This document shows, in pieces, positions 17,614-24,615 of a stretch of DNA of 34,068 nucleotides. The notes beneath the pieces are model-generated. The model did not search any database and was not told the origin of the DNA. It saw only the letters and a program-made list of their open reading frames with translations. Both the position numbers and the translations under genes were made by a program. The DNA comes from an uncultured Muribaculaceae bacterium. Its GTDB lineage: Bacteria > Bacillota_I > Bacilli_A > RF39 > UBA660. Position 1 is the first letter of the stretch. Each line of letters starts with the position of its first letter. The stretch lies in NCBI GenBank assembly GCA_964655835.1, contig CAZZNR010000001.1, positions 1 to 34,068 of the forward strand. The letters run 5' to 3'.

Positions 17614-18320
17614 GATTTATTTTCCTCAAAATAACTTTCAATGATCCTAACTTTAACTTTTAATTCTCCACCAATTAAATTGTCTAAGCAATCCGGATCA
17701 TCGCCTTCAATCCACATTACAATGGTATATTTATCGATTTCGTTTGGCATAATGGCTTTTCTTTGTTCTAAAACAGCCTTTTTTTCATTATAGAAAGCTT
17801 TTGTTCCTTCTTCTTCACGATTAGTTAAAGCATTCATTTTAGCATATACTGTTTTAGTTTCATTTTGGTAAATCATAAATCTTACAGCTTCATCGACATT
17901 TCTAATAACATCAACTATTTCAACTTCATACCAATAATTAACGGCTTGTAAGCCATTATTTTCAATAAAAAAAGTATAGGATATATAATTTTCCCCATTA
18001 TTAGTTCCCCCACTATGCTCATGCAAATTATTAGGTAACCAATCAATTGAAATATTATCCATAAAATCAATCTCATTAGCATATAATTTTATTTTATCAT
18101 CTTTTAATTCAGCATTATCATACATTTTAAGACCACTTTTTAAAGAAAACTGCGGATCTAGCGTAATGGTAAAGTCACCGCCTTGATATACTAAAGACAA
18201 AATAGCAAACAAAAATAATATAAACAAGATTAGAATAATCAATAGTTTAGATACTAATTTAATTCTTTTTTCCCGTTTATCGAGTTTTTCAGCAGTGAAT
18301 TTAACATAACCTCTACTCAT
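17610..18320 (-). CDS. Membrane-anchored (N-terminal tail plus one TM) protein with TasA-like core and WIEGDDPDC motif; first gene of the minus-strand operon
   Basis: About 22-aa basic cytoplasmic tail, then TM LLIILILFILFLFAILSLVY. Motifs YISYTFFIENNGLQAVNYWYEV and KYTIVMWIEGDDPDCLDNLIGGELKVKVRI. Single Cys. RBS AGGAAG. Confidence 0.65.
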   Translation of the reverse strand: MSRGYVKFTAEKLDKREKRIKLVSKLLIILILFILFLFAILSLVYQGGDFTITLDPQFSLKSGLKMYDNAELKDDKIKLYANEIDFMDNISIDWLPNNLHEHSGGTNNGENYISYTFFIENNGLQAVNYWYEVEIVDVIRNVDEAVRFMIYQNETKTVYAKMNALTNREEEGTKAFYNEKKAVLEQRKAIMPNEIDKYTIVMWIEGDDPDCLDNLIGGELKVKVRIIESYFEENKS

Positions 18321-18333
18321 ATGATCTTACTTC

Positions 18334-18350
18334 CTATTCTTAATAAGAAT
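18334..18350. promoter_or_regulatory. Perfect 8-1-8 palindrome TATTCTTA-A-TAAGAATA; candidate operator in the divergent control region
   Basis: Read directly from the sequence. It overlaps the candidate -10 of the minus-strand operon promoter. It is AT-only apart from one C/G pair, so chance occurrence is not negligible. Confidence 0.35.
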
Positions 18351-18374
18351 AACATACAAAACTCGCTTTTTCAA
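18345..18374 (-). promoter_or_regulatory. Candidate promoter of the minus-strand fibre operon (17610-18320 onward)
   Basis: Minus strand: TTGAAA (18374-18369), 18 nt, TATTCT (18350-18345), with TG one base upstream of the -10. RBS AGGAAG follows. Confidence 0.4.
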
Positions 18375-18384
18375 TTTTATTTCG

Positions 18385-18413
18385 TTGTTTTAGTAAGACA
18401 TTTATGATATACT
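18385..18413 (+). promoter_or_regulatory. Candidate promoter of the plus-strand operon (18429-24615)
   Basis: TTGTTT (18385-18390), 17 nt, TATACT (18408-18413), with extended -10 TG (TGATATACT). RBS GGTGA lies before the ATG at 18429. Confidence 0.5.
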
Positions 18414-18428
18414 TTTTATGGTGAAAAT

Positions 18429-18956
18429 ATGAGAAGTATAATAAGCAGAGTATTAATATTGATATATTTATTAATAGTTATAACTGTATCAGGCTATATC
18501 TTTATGTATGACTCTTTAGGAATTTCCAGTGATAAAAAATATACTATTTTTGCTTCAGAAAATTTAAAATCATTTAAAGAAGGCTCATTAATAATTGCCA
18601 AAAAAAATCACCATATAAAAGTTAATGACAGCATTCTTTTTTATAATTTTTATACTAATAAGAATAAAATACTAGAAGGAAAAGTTATTTCTTATGAAAA
18701 AACTAATGACGATGTAATAACTTATGAACTTGATAATCAACGTTTTGTATCAAGTAATTATGTTTTAGGTAATTTAGATGATGCTAATACAATTCCTTTA
18801 TTAGGATATGTTTTTAAAACCCTTACTAGTGCTTGGGGTTATTTATTATTTGCTTTAATTCCAACAATGATTCTTTTTGTTTATCAATTAAATAATTTTA
18901 TAAAAACAGTTAAAATTGGTGGTGCTAGCGATGATCAAAAAATTAAGAAAAAATAA
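18429..18956 (+). CDS. SipW-like pseudo-peptidase 2 (paralogue of 7170-7688; catalytic boxes absent)
   Basis: N-terminal TM span. It has the EGSLIIAKK..VNDSILFYNF strand pattern and the C-terminal TM GYLLFALIPTMILFVYQLN, which aligns with the C-terminus of 7170-7688. There is no SM.P Ser box, and LEGKVIS stands where the His box is expected. Confidence 0.6.
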   Translation: MRSIISRVLILIYLLIVITVSGYIFMYDSLGISSDKKYTIFASENLKSFKEGSLIIAKKNHHIKVNDSILFYNFYTNKNKILEGKVISYEKTNDDVITYELDNQRFVSSNYVLGNLDDANTIPLLGYVFKTLTSAWGYLLFALIPTMILFVYQLNNFIKTVKIGGASDDQKIKKK

Positions 18957-19839
18957 GTTCATTTTGATTCCTCTTCTTATTTTATCAGTAGTTTTAATCA
19001 CTACTTTAGGGCGATTCGTTTATATTGAAATAAGAAAAAATTTTGTCAATAGTGAAAACTTTTACTTTGAAAGTGACAAATTAAGAGAAAATAATGCCGT
19101 TTATCAAGTAAATAACTATAATGGTGTCGATAATTATGATATAGTTATTAATATGAACAGTATAAAAAATAATAAACTACGAGCAACTACTGATATTAGT
19201 TATGATATTAGTTATACTTGTTCAGCTAAAGCTAATTGCAGCGTTAGCAAAACAACAGGTACTATTTATGAAGCAACAGGAACTGATTTCTTTATTGTAT
19301 CTCTAAGTCCGAGTACTAGTTTAAGTAATGGTGATTCTATTGGGGTTGATATTGAAGTAGAATCTACCTCTCCTTATGAAAAAGGTTTAAGTGCCACATT
19401 TACTTTAGTAGTAGGCAATTATGGTTTATCTTATGAAATATATGATGAAGTAGGAAGACCATATATTGAATTTAAAATGACTAATACTTTAGATTATTAC
19501 ACAGTTAAAGAAGCCTTTTCAACTTATCAAGTTAATGATTTGATTGATATTGAGACTTATTTAAGTTTAAGCGATACCGATAAGAATAAATGTGCTTCAG
19601 CCATCATTAATTTGGATTTTGATCCTAATGTCATAATATTTGATAATGCAAGTATTGTAAAAGGTTTAATATCTACTAGCACAACACTAATTGGGGGCTA
19701 TAACTATATTGATGAGTTATCGTTTAAAATTGATGCAATATCAAGTATGATTGTAAGGTTTTATAAAAAGAATCGAAATCTTGATTATACTTACCCCATA
19801 GTTAATCAATACCCGATATTAAATGTTACCTATAGTTAA
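18931..19839 (+). CDS. Exported beta-rich protein with N-terminal signal or anchor (..ITTLGRFVYIEIRK); minor-subunit candidate
   Basis: The track start is TTG at 18916. The ATG at 18931 (MIKKLRKNKF..) is preceded by GGTGGTG. It has one hydrophobic span followed by a 270-aa S/T/N/Y/D-rich sequence. Confidence 0.55.
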   Translation: MIKKLRKNKFILIPLLILSVVLITTLGRFVYIEIRKNFVNSENFYFESDKLRENNAVYQVNNYNGVDNYDIVINMNSIKNNKLRATTDISYDISYTCSAKANCSVSKTTGTIYEATGTDFFIVSLSPSTSLSNGDSIGVDIEVESTSPYEKGLSATFTLVVGNYGLSYEIYDEVGRPYIEFKMTNTLDYYTVKEAFSTYQVNDLIDIETYLSLSDTDKNKCASAIINLDFDPNVIIFDNASIVKGLISTSTTLIGGYNYIDELSFKIDAISSMIVRFYKKNRNLDYTYPIVNQYPILNVTYS

Positions 19840-19851
19840 AAAGGAGGAGTT

Positions 19852-20811
19852 ATGAATAGTAATATTATTTCAGAATATATTAATTTTTCGAAACAATGTA
19901 TTAATCGCTATTTTAAAACAATATTAGACAAAGAATATAATAAAGATATTGTTAATAAATTAATAAATTCATATATTGATTCTAGATATTATACTAATAG
20001 CGAAAATCTTCCTCTTACAATTAGAACGAATTTAAATGAAGCTGCTAAAGATTTTAAAGGAATAGATTTAAAACTAGCTCATGATGTTATCAAAACATTT
20101 AATTTTATTATGTATTTTGATAACGTAATTGAATGTGAATCAACCGTTAAAGTTATTGAAGCGATCGCTTCATTTAGAGTAAATGTTTTAGGTATGAAAA
20201 AAGACAATAAATTTAATGATTCTTTATTTGAAATGGTTAAAGAAGATTTAATTAAGAAAAAAGAATATTTAGATACTTATGATGGTGATAAATTTAATTT
20301 TGAATATAGCTTAACTAATAAAGATAATGTATATAATGTCCATCTTAAACAAAATTTGAAGTTCCCGGTTGTTTATAACTCAACTGTTATTGACCGTGTT
20401 TTTAAATCTAAAGAATTAGATAATAAAAGATCTTTAGTAGAATATAACTATACTGCTCTCCAAATATTAAGAGATATTATTCAAGGAAAGTATTATGAAT
20501 ATTTAATATCCTATCCAAGTTCAATAAGTCAAAAAGTTAAAAATATGGAAAAACTCTTTATTATTATTAACCATGAAATGATGTTAAACCGTATTACTAT
20601 TAAAATAAATTATGAAGATTTTATTAGAGAAAAAGAATATATTTATGAATATATGAGAATGGGTTATATGTTTGCGGCCTGTATAGATAATACTTTTATT
20701 GAAAATGATACTAATTTAAATTTTTTAAAAGTATTTAAATATATAATTGTAAGCCGCAGAAATAATTTTATGGAAATTAATAAATATCCAAATATTATAA
20801 AGGTAGATTAG
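19852..20811 (+). CDS. Cytoplasmic protein, unknown function (first gene of the AAA+ sub-cluster)
   Basis: Strong RBS AAGGAGGAG. 319 aa with no hydrophobic span. The C-terminal half has an alternating beta/alpha pattern (RITIKINYEDF .. MGYMFAACIDNTF .. FLKVFKYIIVS). Confidence 0.6.
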   Translation: MNSNIISEYINFSKQCINRYFKTILDKEYNKDIVNKLINSYIDSRYYTNSENLPLTIRTNLNEAAKDFKGIDLKLAHDVIKTFNFIMYFDNVIECESTVKVIEAIASFRVNVLGMKKDNKFNDSLFEMVKEDLIKKKEYLDTYDGDKFNFEYSLTNKDNVYNVHLKQNLKFPVVYNSTVIDRVFKSKELDNKRSLVEYNYTALQILRDIIQGKYYEYLISYPSSISQKVKNMEKLFIIINHEMMLNRITIKINYEDFIREKEYIYEYMRMGYMFAACIDNTFIENDTNLNFLKVFKYIIVSRRNNFMEINKYPNIIKVD

Positions 20812-20817
20812 AGGAGT

Positions 20818-22344
20818 ATGGAAACATTTTTTAGATTTGCATATGAAATATTAAGCGCCTTCTTAGAAGGATTTATCCATGTAGTCAAAGCCATTATTGA
20901 CTCTTTTACTATGACATTCGATATTAAAGATTATATCGTTATCATAAATCGTTATAGTAATGATTTAAGTACTCCAGAATGGATATTAGTGGTAATTCTT
21001 TTTATTGTTATATTAGGTATTATAGCTTCCGTGATTTTCTTAATCGTAATATTGGTAAAAAAATATATTCGTATCAGAAAGAGTCTTGTTGAACAAGAAA
21101 GTTTATTAGAAGAAGTTGCTAATCTAAATAAAAAAGTATTATCTTTGTCAAAAGAAAAAGATGAAATTCTAGCTATGAAAGTATCCCAATTAGGATTAAA
21201 ACCTGGTGATGCTTTAAGTGAAGATAAACCTGAAGGTAATGAAGAAGAATTATTAGAAGATTCTGATGTTAGATTTTCAAAACTAAATCAAGTTGATAGA
21301 GACTACCAAAGTTATAAAATTACTAATTATGAAAATAATTTTAAATTACCAGAATTAGTTGATATGTTCAGAAATTTTGCTGCTAGTAAATTAGGGCTAT
21401 ATTACTCCGAAGATATGATTAGATTATTTGTTTCAGCTTTAGCCTCAACTAAATTAATTATTTTACAAGGTATATCTGGTACTGGTAAAACTTCGCTGGC
21501 ATATGCATGGGGGAAATTTTTATCCAACGATTCATGTGTCGCTTCCGTTCAGCCATCATGGCGTGATAAAACCGAATTATTTGGTTATTTTAATGAATTT
21601 ACCAGAAAATTTAATGAAACCGATGTATTAAGAGAAATCTATTTAGCTAATTACACCGATGATATTTATACCATTATCTTAGATGAAATGAACATTGCGC
21701 GGGTCGAATATTATTTTGCAGAAATGTTATCTATTCTAGAAATGCCCGATAAAAACGAATGGATAGTTGAATTAGTTTCTAGTGCTTGGGATAGTGATCC
21801 TAAAAAAATACAACGAGGTAAATTAAAAATAGCTCCTAATGTTTGGTATATTGGAACAATCAATAATGATGACTCAACCTTTATGGTAACTGATAAAGTT
21901 TATGACCGTGCTATGCCAATCGATATTAATGAAAAAGGTCAGGTATTTAAACCTAAAGATGTTTCAGCTCAAAAAATTAATTATAGCTATGTCAGTAAAT
22001 TGTTTGAAGATGGTATGAATGCTCATTTTATATCTAATGATAACTTAAAGAAAATTGAAGATATGGATAATTATGTTATTCAACACTTTAGAATCGCTTT
22101 TGGTAATAGAATTGTTATGCATATGCAAAAATTTGTTCCTATTTATATGGCCAGCGGAGGTGATGAAGTTGCTGGAATTGACTACTTCGTTGCCCGTAAA
22201 ATTATCAGGAAATTTGAACAATTAAATATTTCCTATATTAGAGATGAAGTAGATGGTTTTATTGATTTCTTAAATACTACTTTTGGTCAAGATAAAATGA
22301 AAGAATGTATTGAATATTTAGTTAGACTTAAGAAAAGTATATAG
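20818..22344 (+). CDS. Membrane-anchored McrB-family (AAA_5-type) AAA+ NTPase with a short coiled coil
   Basis: Walker A LQGISGTGKTS. Walker B plus McrB-family signature IILDEMNIARVEYYFAEMLSILE. Also WYIGTINNDDSTFMVTDKVYDRAMPIDI. N-terminal single TM EWILVVILFIVILGIIASVIFLIVILV followed by KKYIRIRK, which places the ATPase in the cytoplasm. Then LVEQESLLEEVANLNKKVLSLSKEKDEILAM. No recognisable DNA-binding N-domain. Confidence 0.8.
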   Translation: METFFRFAYEILSAFLEGFIHVVKAIIDSFTMTFDIKDYIVIINRYSNDLSTPEWILVVILFIVILGIIASVIFLIVILVKKYIRIRKSLVEQESLLEEVANLNKKVLSLSKEKDEILAMKVSQLGLKPGDALSEDKPEGNEEELLEDSDVRFSKLNQVDRDYQSYKITNYENNFKLPELVDMFRNFAASKLGLYYSEDMIRLFVSALASTKLIILQGISGTGKTSLAYAWGKFLSNDSCVASVQPSWRDKTELFGYFNEFTRKFNETDVLREIYLANYTDDIYTIILDEMNIARVEYYFAEMLSILEMPDKNEWIVELVSSAWDSDPKKIQRGKLKIAPNVWYIGTINNDDSTFMVTDKVYDRAMPIDINEKGQVFKPKDVSAQKINYSYVSKLFEDGMNAHFISNDNLKKIEDMDNYVIQHFRIAFGNRIVMHMQKFVPIYMASGGDEVAGIDYFVARKIIRKFEQLNISYIRDEVDGFIDFLNTTFGQDKMKECIEYLVRLKKSI

Positions 22345-22351
22345 GTGAATT

Positions 22352-23491
22352 ATGAATGATTTAAATGTAGTGGATCTATATCATAATTCTAGTGATAATA
22401 AAAGGAAAGATTTCTTAAAAAACCATAAAACCAAAATTAAGATTGATCATAATTTCGAAAAAAATATTGTTGATGATTCATGGTTAATAAAAATAGAAGA
22501 AAATATTCGTTATATAGATAATATATTAAGAAATCCTAATCGTTTTATTATAAATGAAGAAGAAATAGTTAAAGTAGAACTAGCTAAAAGAATTACAGTT
22601 GACAGCATTAAACATTTATCGCGAAATACTAGTTTTATTCAAGATATTGATGAAGTTACTGGTGATGTAAAACCTTCCAAAGTATTAAATATTAATAAAG
22701 AAGAAAGTTTTAATACATATGAAAATAGGTTTATTTATACTTTAATAAAAAATTTAATGATGTATGTTGATATTAAAAAAAGAAGTATAAACTTAGGGGC
22801 TTCAAGCAAAAATGATAAATTACTTACGTATGAAGGCGAATCTAAAGTTGGTAATGAAAACGTTAATATTAGTTTAGTTTTAAATAGTTCTATGAAAGAT
22901 GATATTTTTATTAATGAATTAGAAAAAAGGATTAATAAAGTTGAATTTCAAATTAAAGATTTAGTTAATACCGATTTATATAAAAATATTGATCGTTTAA
23001 GAGTCGCTTTAGTAACTGCCCCGATTAAAAAAACTAATTTAATCTTAAAAAATACTAATTTCCAGCATGCTGTTGCTCTTTGGAATTTTCTCCAAGAAGA
23101 AATGAATGATAATTCGGAAGTTGAAACCGGCAATAATGTAATTGAAAATGATCCCAAAATAAAAAAATTACTAGATGAAACTTTCTTACTTAATTATTTT
23201 ATTTTAAACTCAGTTGATAACGATGAAAAATTAGATAATGATAAAAAAATAAAACAAAATCGCGATGTTCTTATTAATAATATGATTCAAGATTTAGTAG
23301 TAACTAATCGCGACTTAACAATTGATCAATTAGGTGATATAGTAAATAAACAAATCCAATTAGTCAAGAAACAAGCTTTAGCAGATGAAAAAGAAATTAG
23401 AGCCATATTTGAATCAGCTATCAATGAATATTTGGAAATGATATATAATGCTAATTTAGGTGATGAAGATGAACAAGTTAATAAACAATAA
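22352..23491 (+). CDS. McrC-like partner protein without recognisable PD-(D/E)xK nuclease motif
   Basis: It starts 8 nt after the AAA+ gene. It contains ESFNTYENRFIYTLIKNL, which resembles the conserved (S/T)xENR(F/I/L) helix I remember from McrC/DUF2357-type partners, then ..NFQHAVALWNFL.. and ..LLDETFLLNYFI... The C-terminus is helical and acidic, and I found no D..(D/E)xK pattern. The assignment is from memory of motifs, not a search. Confidence 0.5.
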   Translation: MNDLNVVDLYHNSSDNKRKDFLKNHKTKIKIDHNFEKNIVDDSWLIKIEENIRYIDNILRNPNRFIINEEEIVKVELAKRITVDSIKHLSRNTSFIQDIDEVTGDVKPSKVLNINKEESFNTYENRFIYTLIKNLMMYVDIKKRSINLGASSKNDKLLTYEGESKVGNENVNISLVLNSSMKDDIFINELEKRINKVEFQIKDLVNTDLYKNIDRLRVALVTAPIKKTNLILKNTNFQHAVALWNFLQEEMNDNSEVETGNNVIENDPKIKKLLDETFLLNYFILNSVDNDEKLDNDKKIKQNRDVLINNMIQDLVVTNRDLTIDQLGDIVNKQIQLVKKQALADEKEIRAIFESAINEYLEMIYNANLGDEDEQVNKQ

Positions 23492-24032
23492 ATTTATGAA
23501 ATTTTTATGGAAATTTATCCAAATTGTTTTGGGGATTATTTTATTCTTTATTTTAATTATTATTGTTACCCAAAGAGTTTTTAATAATAAATTTTCTTTT
23601 TTAGGTTATCAAATATATACTGTAGCAACCGGTAGTATGGTACCAAAGTATAATGTTCATGATTTAATATTAGCTAAAAAAATTAATCCTGATGATATTA
23701 AAGTAAAAGATGATATAGTCTACAATGTTAAAGAAGGTGACTTAATAGGTAATACTATCACTCACCAAGTAATTGAAATCCAAGAAAAAGATGGCAAAAG
23801 GTATTTTGTTACCCAAGGTATTGCTAATCCACTAGCAGATCCTTTAGTTGATGAATATCAAGTTCAAGGGAAAATAATTTATAAATTAGTCTCTTTCAGT
23901 TTAATAAATAAAACAATAAATACTAATATAGGATTCTTTTTATTAATTGTAATACCCATCGCAGTTTTAATATTATTAGAAATAATAGACCTAAAAGAAA
24001 AAAGAGAAAGTTTAAGTATTAAAGATGAGTAG
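23469..24032 (+). CDS. Signal peptidase I, SipW type (S26B), with a variant Asp box
   Basis: The track start is GTG at 23460. The ATG at 23469 has AGGTGA 6 nt upstream. Ser box VATGSMVPKY and His box TITHQVIEI are present. The Asp box reads TQGIANPLADP (GIAN instead of GDxN). N- and C-terminal TM spans. It overlaps the end of 22352-23491. Confidence 0.75.
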   Translation: MNKLINNKFMKFLWKFIQIVLGIILFFILIIIVTQRVFNNKFSFLGYQIYTVATGSMVPKYNVHDLILAKKINPDDIKVKDDIVYNVKEGDLIGNTITHQVIEIQEKDGKRYFVTQGIANPLADPLVDEYQVQGKIIYKLVSFSLINKTINTNIGFFLLIVIPIAVLILLEIIDLKEKRESLSIKDE

Positions 24033-24615
24033 TATCGATTTAAGAAAAAAACTTAAAAAAAGTATTAGATTAAAATTACTAATAATTTTAGGAACCTTAT
24101 TAGTAGTAAATACTTTTGCTTGGTTAATATATACAAATACGATTGGTACTACCATCACTGCTTCAATTAAAGCTTGGAAAATAACTTTCAGTAGTAATAA
24201 TGAAGTAGTTGAATATGTCGAATTTGACATTAATGAACTATATCCAGGAATGCCTGATTATGATAATTATATTAAGATAATTAATTATGGTGAAATTGAA
24301 GCTGATGTTTCATACGAATTAGAAGAAGTCACAATATTAGGTACTACTTATACGGATGAAGATTATACTAGTTTAGAATTACTAGGTATATTAAACGCTA
24401 ATCCTTTTCAAGTAACATTTAGTTTTGACAAAACTACGGTTGGGATTGCAGAAGACTTCGCTGAATTTAATGTTAATATCACTTGGCCATATGAAAATGA
24501 TAATGATGTAGCTGATACCCAATGGGGTTATGATGCTTATAATTTTAATCAAGACTATCCGGGCGATCCCCATTTAACAATTATACTTAAATTAATTGCT
24601 AATCAATCGCAGTAA
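24025..24615 (+). CDS. Exported TasA-like protein (..VNTFAWLIYTNT signal region)
   Basis: 8-nt overlap with the peptidase gene. Motifs ASIKAWKITFSSNN, LYPGMPDYDNYIKIINYGEIEADVSYEL, NVNITWPYENDND, and C-terminal ..KLIANQSQ. Confidence 0.65.
   Translation: MSSIDLRKKLKKSIRLKLLIILGTLLVVNTFAWLIYTNTIGTTITASIKAWKITFSSNNEVVEYVEFDINELYPGMPDYDNYIKIINYGEIEADVSYELEEVTILGTTYTDEDYTSLELLGILNANPFQVTFSFDKTTVGIAEDFAEFNVNITWPYENDNDVADTQWGYDAYNFNQDYPGDPHLTIILKLIANQSQ

Noticed and set aside
20818-23491. Classical McrBC type IV restriction system
   Set aside because: The AAA+ core is McrB-like, but the N-terminal DNA-reader domain is replaced by a TM helix and a coiled coil, and I found no PD-(D/E)xK motif in the partner. 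I therefore call it McrBC-derived, not a restriction enzyme. A defence role is kept only as an alternative hypothesis.
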